A DNA stretch of 64,000 bases from an uncultured Thermoanaerobaculia bacterium (GTDB lineage Bacteria; Acidobacteriota; Thermoanaerobaculia; Multivoradales; CAZRFU01). Where the stretch lies: NCBI GenBank assembly GCA_964599475.1, contig CAZRFU010000008.1, positions 34,409 through 98,408 of the forward strand. Reading direction: 5' to 3'. The position numbers and the translations under genes are program-made. Position 1 is the first letter of the stretch. Every line of letters starts with the position of its first letter. The notes beneath the pieces are model-generated. The model worked only from the letters and a program-made list of their open reading frames with translations. It was not told the origin of the DNA and did no database searches. Below are positions 10,190 to 18,621 of this stretch, one piece after another.

Positions 10190-11716
10190 CTACGACACCA
10201 CCCAACCCAACACTTCCGCCTGGAAACCGCCGCGCTCGGGCTCCGGGCGCTCCTCCACCACTCCCGCCAGCCGCAGCGCCAGAGCTTCCTTGTAGGCCAG
10301 CTCCATCTGCCGCGCGATCTGGACGCGCTGCGCCTGCGGCGAACCGGCGCCGTGCATCGACTCGGTGAGGTAGCCGACGGCGTTGCGGCCGAGCGTCATG
10401 TTCTCGATCAGCCGCAGGATTCTGAGCCGCGTGTCGACCGGCACGGCCGGCGCCGCCTGCAAGTATTTCTCGAGCACTCGAGCGAGCTCCGGGTGCTCGA
10501 GGTCGCGCTGGGACGGCAACGTCGCCACCAGGCCACCTGCGAGATCCTGGGCCAGTCGCCCGAGCTCGTAGGGGATCTTGGTGACGTGGTGTTTGCAGAC
10601 GTTTGCCAACATCTCGTCGTTCAAGTAACACCCCGACGCGGTTGGCCGAGCGCGGTGGGAGGAGGCAATGCCGATGCCGTAGATGGTCTCGTTCAGGTGA
10701 CTCATCTCGACCAACTTGTCGCGGACGTGGGAGGCCTTTTCTGTGCCGTTGGCCCGTGCGATCGCCGAGGCGGCGCCGATCAAGACGTCGCCAACACCAG
10801 CCTTGCAGACGTAGCTGCGTCGGTGGTAGCAGGTGAACCGCTCCACCAGGGTGGCGGCGAATTCGTGCTCGCCGTCCATGAACACCAGCTCGTCCGGAAT
10901 GAAGACGCGGTCGAAGATCACCAAGGCTTCCTGGCCGGCGTAGCGTGCGTTGCCCTGGTCGATCTCGCCGCCCTCGAGGTGGCGCGTGTCACACGACTGG
11001 CGCCCATAGACGTAGGTGATGCCGGGCGCGTCGACCGGCACCGCCCCCACGATGGCGTAATCGGCGTCGCCCTCACCGAGGCGCATGGTCGGCATCACCA
11101 CCATCCAATGCGAATTCAGACACCCGGTCTGGTGAGCCTTGGCGCCCGTAATCCACACTCCTTCGGCGCTGCGCTCGACCACGTGCACGAACAGGTCGGG
11201 GTCGCGTTGCTGATGCGGCGCTTTGGAGCGATCCCCCTTGACGTCGGTCATCGCCCCGCCGACGACCTCGTTGTGGCGTTGCACATCGGCGAGGAATGAT
11301 CGCAGCCGTTGGTGATACCCGGTGCCGCGAGCCTGGTCGATGTCGTAGGTCACCGAAAACAAGGCGTTGAAGGCATCCATGCCGACACAACGCTGAAAAC
11401 ACGTGCCGGTCAGCTGACCGAGCTTGCGCTGCATGGTGTTCTGGGCCACCAGGTCGTCGGCGCTGGTTGCGACGTGAAGGAAACGATTGACCCGCTCACC
11501 GGTCAGGGCCGAGATCGCGGTCGCAAGCTCCGGCTCCCGAAGCGCGAGCTCGTAGGTTTCGGCTACCGCGTTGACCGACGGGGCGATCACCGGATGGTCG
11601 ACCGGCTCGTCGATCAACTCGCCGAACAGGAACACCCGCAGGCCACGGCCGCGCAGGCTCTCACGGTACTGGTCTCCGGTTTCGATCCGAGCTCGCACGC
11701 GGACCGGGGCCTTCAC
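10190..11716 (-). CDS. abfD: 4-hydroxybutyryl-CoA dehydratase / vinylacetyl-CoA isomerase family (HpaB-fold) enzyme
   Basis: 508 aa. Fe-S ligand motif TGTCFQRCVGMDA and a family-wide collinear pattern (GAMTDVKGDRS, GAKAHQTG). GTG start at 11716 overlaps the upstream stop (GTGA). Confidence 0.8.
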   Translation of the reverse strand: MKAPVRVRARIETGDQYRESLRGRGLRVFLFGELIDEPVDHPVIAPSVNAVAETYELALREPELATAISALTGERVNRFLHVATSADDLVAQNTMQRKLGQLTGTCFQRCVGMDAFNALFSVTYDIDQARGTGYHQRLRSFLADVQRHNEVVGGAMTDVKGDRSKAPHQQRDPDLFVHVVERSAEGVWITGAKAHQTGCLNSHWMVVMPTMRLGEGDADYAIVGAVPVDAPGITYVYGRQSCDTRHLEGGEIDQGNARYAGQEALVIFDRVFIPDELVFMDGEHEFAATLVERFTCYHRRSYVCKAGVGDVLIGAASAIARANGTEKASHVRDKLVEMSHLNETIYGIGIASSHRARPTASGCYLNDEMLANVCKHHVTKIPYELGRLAQDLAGGLVATLPSQRDLEHPELARVLEKYLQAAPAVPVDTRLRILRLIENMTLGRNAVGYLTESMHGAGSPQAQRVQIARQMELAYKEALALRLAGVVEERPEPERGGFQAEVLGWVVS

Positions 11717-12063
11717 TTCTTCTCTTCTTTGAGCACCCAACCGATCACGGCCGACACGATGCTGACCAGCAGCGCCCCGAGGATCGACCAGCCGAAGCCA
11801 TCGGTGCTGAAGCCCGGCACCACCATCGCCGCCAAAGCAAAGGCGATGCCGTTGACCACCAGCAAGAACAGCCCAAAGGTCAGGATCGTCAAGGGGAGCG
11901 TCAGGATGGTGATGAGGGGCCGGATGATCGCGTTGACGAACCCGAGGATCAGCGCGGCCACCGCCAGCGCCACCCACGACGCCACGTGGACACCCGGCAG
12001 CAACCACGCGGTGACCCCCAAAGCGGCGGCGACGGTCAGAAGATGCATCAGCAGCTTGGACAT
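11713..12063 (-). CDS. Phage holin family IV-like (DUF360-type) small membrane protein
   Basis: 116 aa with 3-4 TM helices. Motif GFVNAIIRPLITILTLPLTILTFGLFLLVVNG is typical of this family. ATG is preceded by GAGGAGG. Confidence 0.6.
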   Translation of the reverse strand: MSKLLMHLLTVAAALGVTAWLLPGVHVASWVALAVAALILGFVNAIIRPLITILTLPLTILTFGLFLLVVNGIAFALAAMVVPGFSTDGFGWSILGALLVSIVSAVIGWVLKEEKK

Positions 12064-12079
12064 GGCTCCTCCTCGAGGA

Positions 12080-13030
12080 TCAGGTTGCGACGGCTCGTGC
12101 GTGCGCGCTCGACCCTCCAACGTGCTCATGAGCGTGGTACGACGACCGTACCAGCGGCCCGGACTCGCAGTGGGCGAAGCCGAGCTCATGGGCAAAGCGT
12201 TTGTAGTCGGCAAACTCGTCCGGATGGACGAAGCGATCGACCGGCAAGTGTTTGGGGGTCGGCTGGAGGTATTGGCCGATAGTGAAGATCTCGACGCCGG
12301 CCGCACGCACCTCGCGCATCAGCTCGAACACTTCGTCCGGCGCTTCGCCGAGCCCCACCATGATCCCGGTCTTGACTCGACCAGCGTACTCACCACGATC
12401 GCGCCGCGCCGCAGCGTCTGCCAACAGGCCGACGGTCCGGTCGAAGCGGCTGCCGGGCCGGGCCTTGCGGTACATCCGCGGCACCGTTTCGACGTTGTGG
12501 CTGAAGATCTCGGGTCGCGCCGCCAGCACGATGTCGAGGGCATCAGGCACGCCACGAAAGTCGGGGGTCAGAACCTCGACGGCGGTCGTCGGACTCTCAT
12601 CGTGTACCGCCCGGATCACTGCCGCCCAGTGACGGGCACCGCCATCGGGCAAATCGTCGCGGTCGACCGAGGTGATCACGGCGTGCTGCAAACCCATCAC
12701 CCGTACGGCTTCGGCAACGTGCGCCGGCTCCTTGGGATCCGGCCCCTTCGGGGGACGCCCGGAGGTCACCGCGCAGAAGCCGCAGCGACGCGTGCACACG
12801 TCGCCGAGGATCATGAAGGTCGCCGTGCCGTGTTGGCCCCAACACTCGTAGATGTTCGGGCACTTGGCCTCTTCGCAGACGGTGTGCAGCTCGAGCTTCT
12901 CGACCAACTTGCGCACTTCGTGGTAGCGCGGTGGGGTCGACAGCCGGATCCGCAACCACTCCGGCCGCCCCTCTCGCCCGGGCGTGTGGGAGCGGGTCTT
13001 GGAGCCGATTTGGATCAACGAATCGCTCAT
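12080..13030 (-). CDS. lipA: Lipoyl synthase
   Basis: CEEAKCPNIYEC auxiliary cluster motif and radical-SAM CTRRCGFC motif. Full-length 316 aa. Confidence 0.95.
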   Translation of the reverse strand: MSDSLIQIGSKTRSHTPGREGRPEWLRIRLSTPPRYHEVRKLVEKLELHTVCEEAKCPNIYECWGQHGTATFMILGDVCTRRCGFCAVTSGRPPKGPDPKEPAHVAEAVRVMGLQHAVITSVDRDDLPDGGARHWAAVIRAVHDESPTTAVEVLTPDFRGVPDALDIVLAARPEIFSHNVETVPRMYRKARPGSRFDRTVGLLADAAARRDRGEYAGRVKTGIMVGLGEAPDEVFELMREVRAAGVEIFTIGQYLQPTPKHLPVDRFVHPDEFADYKRFAHELGFAHCESGPLVRSSYHAHEHVGGSSAHARAVAT

Positions 13031-13052
13031 GGGTGGAACTGTAGCAGGGGAA

Positions 13053-13127
13053 GGTATTGGGGAATGGGTATTGGGTATTGGGTATTGGGAATGGGGAATG
13101 GGGAATGGGTATCGGGTACCCGGTACC
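13053..13127. repeat. Heptanucleotide tandem array (GGTATTG / GGGAATG / GGTACCC units, about 10.7 units)
   Basis: Direct reading: ggtattg gggaatg ggtattg ggtattg ggtattg ggaatgg ggaatgg ggaatgg gtatcgg gtacccg gtacc. It sits between the divergent lipA and arsC starts. Confidence 0.9.
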
Positions 13128-13146
13128 TCCGGGATAGGCTTGGCCC

Positions 13147-13560
13147 ATGCCGACCACCACTCCCCCCCTCCGCCTCCTCTTCGTCTGCGTCGAAAACTCC
13201 AACCGCAGCCAGATGGCCGAGGCCTTTGCCCGGATCTTGGGCGGCGACGCGGTTGTGGCGGCCAGTGCCGGATCGCGACCGTCCGGCAAGGTCAACCCCA
13301 AGGCCATCGCGGCGATGGCCGAGCTCGGCTACGACCTCTCGACCCACCACTCGACCGGCCTCGACGCCATCGCCGACGGCACCTGGGACGCCGTCGTCAC
13401 CATGGGTTGTGGCGATGAATGCCCTTTCGTCCCCGCTCGAGTCCGCGAGGACTGGCAGATCCCCGACCCGCGCGCGCTCGACGGCGACGCCTTCCGCGCC
13501 GTTCGGGATCGCGTGCGGACCGAGGTCGCCGGACTTCTGGGCCGCCTTGGGAGGAGGTAG
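13147..13560 (+). CDS. arsC: Arsenate reductase, LMW-PTPase (thioredoxin-coupled ArsC) family
   Basis: Active-site loop LFVCVENSNRSQMAE (CX5R-S), downstream CGDEC cysteines and DP motif. 137 aa. Confidence 0.85.
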   Translation: MPTTTPPLRLLFVCVENSNRSQMAEAFARILGGDAVVAASAGSRPSGKVNPKAIAAMAELGYDLSTHHSTGLDAIADGTWDAVVTMGCGDECPFVPARVREDWQIPDPRALDGDAFRAVRDRVRTEVAGLLGRLGRR

Positions 13561-13611
13561 GGCACTCCGGAGTCGAACATCACTAGGCGCATCATGATGT
13601 AGCATCATTGC

Positions 13612-13842
13612 ATGCGCACCACCGTGGACATCCCCGAGCACTTGCTGGTCGAAGCCAAGAAGCTTGCAGCCGAGCGGCGGGTGCCGGTCACTCGACTGTT
13701 CGAGGAGAGCCTGAGGGGCTACCTCGCCGAGCAACGTTCGGTGAAACGAACGACCCCTCCCCCGCTTCCGGTGCTCACGGCGCCGGTGCCCCTAGCAGGG
13801 ATCGACCTCAACGACACCAGCCGGCTTTGGGAGCTCGAGTGA
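13612..13842 (+). CDS. vapB: VapB-type antitoxin
   Basis: 76 aa starting MRTTVDIPEHLLVEAKKLAAERR, the typical N-terminus of the VapB antitoxin family paired with this VapC class. Stop overlaps the downstream GTG (GTGA). Confidence 0.7.
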   Translation: MRTTVDIPEHLLVEAKKLAAERRVPVTRLFEESLRGYLAEQRSVKRTTPPPLPVLTAPVPLAGIDLNDTSRLWELE

Positions 13843-14267
13843 TCCTCTGCGACGTTGGGGTCTATCTCAACGCGATGTTCGAGCGCAGCGAACATCACCG
13901 CGCCTGCCGACAGGCGCTCGAGCACCTCAGGACCACCCCTTCCGGGATGGCCGTCAGTGAGCTGATTCTCGCAGCAGTGGTCAGGATCGGTTCCAATCCA
14001 CGCCTGTTCCAGCCGGCGCCACTGCCGGAAGAGGTCTTCGAGTTCGTCGACGCGATCCGCACCTTGCCAGGCGTCCGAACAGTATGCCCCGGCCCGCGTC
14101 ACTGGCAGCTGTTGCGCGACCTCGTGCGCGGGGCGAACATCGTCGGCAGCGACACGACCGACGCCTACCTTGCCGCGCTCGCAGTCGAAGCCGGCTGCGA
14201 ATGGTGGACCACCGATCGAGGCTTCGCTCGGTTTCCCGGACTCCGGTGGCGCAATCTCATCGCCTGA
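13839..14267 (+). CDS. vapC: PIN-domain toxin VapC
   Basis: 142 aa. VILCDVGVYLNAMFERSEHH N-terminus and C-terminal SDTTDAYLAALAVEAGCEWWTTDRGFARF, typical of the VapC family whose N-terminal acidic residue follows V/I-L-L-D. Confidence 0.8.
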   Translation: MILCDVGVYLNAMFERSEHHRACRQALEHLRTTPSGMAVSELILAAVVRIGSNPRLFQPAPLPEEVFEFVDAIRTLPGVRTVCPGPRHWQLLRDLVRGANIVGSDTTDAYLAALAVEAGCEWWTTDRGFARFPGLRWRNLIA

Positions 14268-14348
14268 GGTGCCTCGCTCGACGGACGCCACCGACCCGCT
14301 CTGATCGCTGACCGATCGGGCAGCCGACGGACGCGGACGGCCTCCGTC

Positions 14349-14382
14349 GGGTCCCTGGTCCCGGATCCCGGGTCCCGGGTCC
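14349..14382. repeat. Heptanucleotide tandem array (GGGTCCC / GGATCCC units, about 5 units)
   Basis: gggtccc tggtccc ggatccc gggtccc gggtcc. It directly abuts the stop codon of the RND permease, between convergent genes. Confidence 0.85.
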
Positions 14383-17300
14383 TACGCCGCCTCCTCCTGC
14401 GCCTGGACGACCAATGCCTCGGCCTCCTCGGCGGTGAGAACCTTGCGCTGCTTGGCAGCGACGACACGGTAGATCGGCGGGATGACGTAGAGGGTCAACA
14501 CCGTGCCGATGGCCATGCCGCCGATGATCGCGATGCCCATCGGCACGCGGCTTTCAGACCCGGCGCCGAGAGCAAGCGCAATCGGCAGGGTGCCAAGGAT
14601 GGTCGAGAGGCTGGTCATCAACACCGGGCGGAAGCGCGCGGCTGCGGCCTCGCGGATCGCCTCGTCGATCGACAGGCCGGCGTCTCGCCGCTGGTTGGCG
14701 AACTCGACGATCAGGATGCCGTTTTTGGTGACCAGGCCGATCAACATGATCATGCCGATCTCGCTGAAGATGTTGAGGGTCTTGCCGAACATCCACAGAC
14801 CGCCGAGCGCCCCCGCGAGCGCGAGCGGCACCGCCAACATGATCACGAAGGGGTCGCGGAAGCTCTCGAACTGGGCGGCCAGCACGAGGTAGACGAGCAA
14901 CAGGGCGAGACCGAAGATGAAGCCGAGGCTGCTCGAGCTCTCGGCAAAGTCGCGCGACAGGCCCGACAACGCCGTCGAGAAGGTCTCGTCGAGGGTCTCC
15001 TCGGCGATGCGTTCCATCTCCGCGATGCCGTCGCCGAGCGCGTAACCGGGCGCAAGGTCGGCCGACACCGTGGCGGCCAGGTACCGGCTGTAGCGATAGA
15101 GCTGCGGCGGGCTGCTCTCCTCGCGCACCCGAACCACCTTGTCGAGCAGGACCGGGGTACCGCTCGACGAACGCACAGAGAGGTTGCGCAAATCCGTCGT
15201 CTCGTCGCGCCGATCGCGCTCGACCTGGCCGACGACCTCGAACTGCTTGCCGTCCATGACGAAGTAGCCGAGGCGCTGCTCCGACAGCGCCAGTTGCAGG
15301 GTCTGAGCGACGTCGAGCGCCGACACGCCGAGATCTCGGGCCCGAGCCCGGTCGATCTCGAGGCGCAACTCCGGTTTGTCGAAGCGCAGATCGACGTCGA
15401 CGAAGGAGAACACCGGGCTCTGGCCGGCCGCCTCCATGAACCGCGGCACCGCCTCCTTGAGCTTGGCCATGTTGGGCGCCTGGAGCACGAACGACACCGG
15501 CAGACCACCACGGCGACCGACCGAAATCGTCGGTTCCTGGATCACCACCGTGCGCGCGCCCGTCAGATTGCGGACCCGCCGCGTCAGGTCGTTGGCAACC
15601 TCCATCTGGCTGCGCTCGCGATGTTCTGGATCGACCAGAATCAGCCGCAGGAACGCCGAGTTGACCGAGCTCGAAGCACCGAAGCCGGGTGAGGTCACGG
15701 TGAGGATCACCTCGCGCTCCGCTTCCGGCACCGCCTCGGAGACCAGCTGGGTCAGCTGGTCGACGTACTGGTCCATGTAGGCGAACGTCACCCCTTCGGG
15801 CGCACGCACCTGGAAGCGCATCTGCGATCGATCCTCGAGCGGCGCCAGCTCCTGCGGGATCTGCGGGAACAGGAACATCACGATCCCCAAGCAGCCGGCG
15901 ATGATCGCCCACGCCACCCAGCCGCGCTCGATCACCGCTCCGAGGCTACGTCGATAGGTCGAGGTCAAGGCTTCGAAGAACGGTTCGGTGGCGCGGTAGA
16001 GCGCGGGCTGCCGCTCGCGCTTCTTGAGGATGCGGCTCGCGAGCATCGAGGTCAGACTCAAGGCAACGAACGAGGAGATCGCCACCGCCACCGACAACGT
16101 CACGCCGAACTCGCGGAACAGCCGCCCGGTCAAGCCGCCGAGGAAGAGAATCGGCAGCAGCACCGAAATCAGCGCGATGGTGGTCGAGATGACGGCAAAG
16201 AAGATCTCCCGCGTGCCCTGGAGGCCGGCGGCGATCGGCGGCATCCCGGCTTCGATCTTGGCGTAGATGTTCTCGAGAACCACGATCGCGTCGTCGACCA
16301 CGATGCCGATCGCGAGCACCAGACCCAACAAGGTCAGGACGTTGATCGAGAAGCCCAGGAGCCAGAGGGCAAAGAAGGTGCCGATCAGCGACACCGGGAT
16401 CACCAGCAGCGGCACCAGCGTGGTGCGCCAGTCGCGCAGAAAGGCGAAGATCACCAACACCACCAGGAACACCGCCAGGATGATGGTCTGCTGGACTTCC
16501 TTGATCGACTCCTCGATGTACTCCGAGGTGTCGAAGAAGGTCCCGACCTCGATGTCGGCGGGGACTTCCTTCTCGATCTGGGCGACGCGCTTTTTGACCT
16601 CCTGCGCGATCTCGACGAAGTTCGCGCCGGGCTGTGGCCGAGCGACCACCGCCACCATCGGCACCCCCTCGCGCTTCAAGATGGTGCGGTCATTGCGAGG
16701 TCCGAGCTCAGCCCTGCCGATGTCTCGAAAACGCACGATCCGCGAACCTTCCTGCTTCAAGATCAGCTCGTTGAAGGCTTCGGGAGTGTCGAGTCGACCC
16801 TCGGCGCGAATGGTGAGCTCGACGTCGTCGCCTTCGATCCGGCCGGCGGGCAATTCGACACTTTCGCGTTGGAAGGCCGAGCGCACGTCGAGCAGGGTGA
16901 GGCCGTAGGCCGCGAGGCGCTGCGGATCGATCCACAAGCGCATGGCAAAGGTGCGCGAGCCCCAGATGTCGACCTGGGCGACGTCGTTGATGGTCTGCAG
17001 GCGTTCGACGAACGTTTCGTCCGCCAGCCGCGTCAGCTCGAGGAGGTTGCGCTGGCTGCTCTGGACGGTGATGCCCACCACCGGCGGCGAGTCGGAGTCG
17101 GCCTTCTGCACCTGCGGCGGATTGACGTCGGGCGGGAGTTGGCCAACCGCCGCCGCGACGCGGTCGCGGACGTCGTTGGCGGCGCGCTCGAGATCGGCAC
17201 CGAGCTCGAATTCGACGGTGATGGTCGAGCGCCCCTCGCGCGACACCGAGGTCAACGTGCGAATGCCCGCGACGGCGTTGACCGCCCGTTCGAGCGGTTC

Positions 17301-17492
17301 GGTGATCTGCGATTCGATGACGTCGGCGCTGGCTCCCAAGTAGTTGGTCGAAACCGTCACCACCGGCGAGTCGATCGACGGGAACTCGCGCACGCCGAGC
17401 GAGTTGAACCCAAGCCAGCCGAACAACACGATCGCGATCGAGAACACGATCGCCAGCACCGGCCGGCGGATCGAAACCGACGCCAGGCTCAC
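14382..17492 (-). CDS. RND efflux transporter permease (AcrB/HAE family)
   Basis: 1036 aa, 12-TM RND architecture. N-terminus SIRRPVLAIVFSIAIVLFG. Conserved VVDDAIVVLENI and ILIVEFANQ segments. Confidence 0.95.
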   Translation of the reverse strand: MSLASVSIRRPVLAIVFSIAIVLFGWLGFNSLGVREFPSIDSPVVTVSTNYLGASADVIESQITEPLERAVNAVAGIRTLTSVSREGRSTITVEFELGADLERAANDVRDRVAAAVGQLPPDVNPPQVQKADSDSPPVVGITVQSSQRNLLELTRLADETFVERLQTINDVAQVDIWGSRTFAMRLWIDPQRLAAYGLTLLDVRSAFQRESVELPAGRIEGDDVELTIRAEGRLDTPEAFNELILKQEGSRIVRFRDIGRAELGPRNDRTILKREGVPMVAVVARPQPGANFVEIAQEVKKRVAQIEKEVPADIEVGTFFDTSEYIEESIKEVQQTIILAVFLVVLVIFAFLRDWRTTLVPLLVIPVSLIGTFFALWLLGFSINVLTLLGLVLAIGIVVDDAIVVLENIYAKIEAGMPPIAAGLQGTREIFFAVISTTIALISVLLPILFLGGLTGRLFREFGVTLSVAVAISSFVALSLTSMLASRILKKRERQPALYRATEPFFEALTSTYRRSLGAVIERGWVAWAIIAGCLGIVMFLFPQIPQELAPLEDRSQMRFQVRAPEGVTFAYMDQYVDQLTQLVSEAVPEAEREVILTVTSPGFGASSSVNSAFLRLILVDPEHRERSQMEVANDLTRRVRNLTGARTVVIQEPTISVGRRGGLPVSFVLQAPNMAKLKEAVPRFMEAAGQSPVFSFVDVDLRFDKPELRLEIDRARARDLGVSALDVAQTLQLALSEQRLGYFVMDGKQFEVVGQVERDRRDETTDLRNLSVRSSSGTPVLLDKVVRVREESSPPQLYRYSRYLAATVSADLAPGYALGDGIAEMERIAEETLDETFSTALSGLSRDFAESSSSLGFIFGLALLLVYLVLAAQFESFRDPFVIMLAVPLALAGALGGLWMFGKTLNIFSEIGMIMLIGLVTKNGILIVEFANQRRDAGLSIDEAIREAAAARFRPVLMTSLSTILGTLPIALALGAGSESRVPMGIAIIGGMAIGTVLTLYVIPPIYRVVAAKQRKVLTAEEAEALVVQAQEEAA

Positions 17493-18565
17493 GGCGCACC
17501 TCCTTCGCGCGGAGCGACCTCGAGACCCGGGCGCAGGCGTTCGATCGCCGAGACGATCACCACGTCACCAGCCGACAGCCCCGAGGTCACCTCGATCACG
17601 TCCGGCAACCTGATCCCGGTTTCGACCGGCACCGGCACGGCTTTGCCACCGCGGACGACGAACACCTTCTTGCCGCCGAGCTCGGGGATCACCGCCACGT
17701 TCGGTACCAGCAGCGCATCGGGCACATCGCGCACCGCCACCTCGACGTCGGCAAAACCGCCCGGCACCAACTTCCCTTGCGGGTTGGCGGCGCGGGCGCG
17801 ATACACCACCGAACGGGTCGCCTGATCGACCACCGGCTCGATCGCGTAGATCGTCGCGGTCAGCGTCTCCTCGATGCCGCGCACGCGGAAGTCGACCTCA
17901 TCGCCCACCTCCACCGCGTCGGCGTAGGCCTCGGGCAGAGCAAAGTCGAGCTTGATCGGATCGAGATCCTGGAGGGAAGCGATCACGTCCCCCATGCTGA
18001 GGAAAGCCCCAGGGGAGACCGCGCGCAAGCCGATCGTGCCCGCGAAGGGTGCTCGCACCTCGCTCTTCTCGAGCTGAGCTTCGGCCAACACCAACTCCGC
18101 CCGCAGGACGTTGGCCTCGGACAGGGCTGCGTCGTATTCGCTCTGGCTGGTCAGGCCGTCGCGGAGCAACTCTTGCTGCCGACGTTCGCGCAACTCAGCG
18201 AGCTGCAGGCGGTGGAAGGCCCGATCGCGTTCGGCTGCGACCCGCCGCCGGTCGATGCGCACCAGCGTGGCACCCCGTTCCACCCGACTGCCCTCACGAA
18301 ACAACACCTCCTCGAGCTCGCCGGCGATCTCCGCCACCAGCTCGACCTGCTCGTTGGCGCGCAGGGTTCCCGTGGTCGACAGCCTCTCGTCTGCTTGCCG
18401 GGGCTCGACTCGCACCACGTCGACCGCGAGCGGCGGCGCCGCCGCCGGAGGTCCGCCGCCGGGGGCCGAAGCCGGGTCGGGAGTGCCCTCCCCACAGCCG
18501 ACCACCACCACGACCAACGCGCCACTGACGATCCGCAGAATCCTGGACATGTCAACCATCCTCAC
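17489..18565 (-). CDS. RND efflux periplasmic adaptor (membrane fusion protein), lipoprotein
   Basis: Lipobox VVVVGC. Alpha-hairpin coiled coil (AELVLAEAQLEKSEVRAPFAG) and beta-barrel domain. Stop overlaps the permease start (ATGA). Confidence 0.9.
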   Translation of the reverse strand: MRMVDMSRILRIVSGALVVVVVGCGEGTPDPASAPGGGPPAAAPPLAVDVVRVEPRQADERLSTTGTLRANEQVELVAEIAGELEEVLFREGSRVERGATLVRIDRRRVAAERDRAFHRLQLAELRERRQQELLRDGLTSQSEYDAALSEANVLRAELVLAEAQLEKSEVRAPFAGTIGLRAVSPGAFLSMGDVIASLQDLDPIKLDFALPEAYADAVEVGDEVDFRVRGIEETLTATIYAIEPVVDQATRSVVYRARAANPQGKLVPGGFADVEVAVRDVPDALLVPNVAVIPELGGKKVFVVRGGKAVPVPVETGIRLPDVIEVTSGLSAGDVVIVSAIERLRPGLEVAPREGGAP

Positions 18566-18621
18566 GAAAAGAAACCCGGCGATCCGCAGGCGGCCCGCCG
18601 GGTCGTGCTCTCAATCGAAAT

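Noticed and set aside
13053-13127. Whether the short tandem arrays could be CRISPR arrays.
   Set aside because: The period is 7 nt with no spacers. CRISPR repeats are about 24-48 nt separated by unique spacers of similar size, and no cas genes are present.
11309-13597. 762-aa plus-strand ORF spanning the abfD, holin-like, lipA and arsC regions.
   Set aside because: It runs antisense through three confidently identified minus-strand genes and through the heptamer array. Its composition is low-complexity R/P/G/A. arsC in another frame explains the 3' part.
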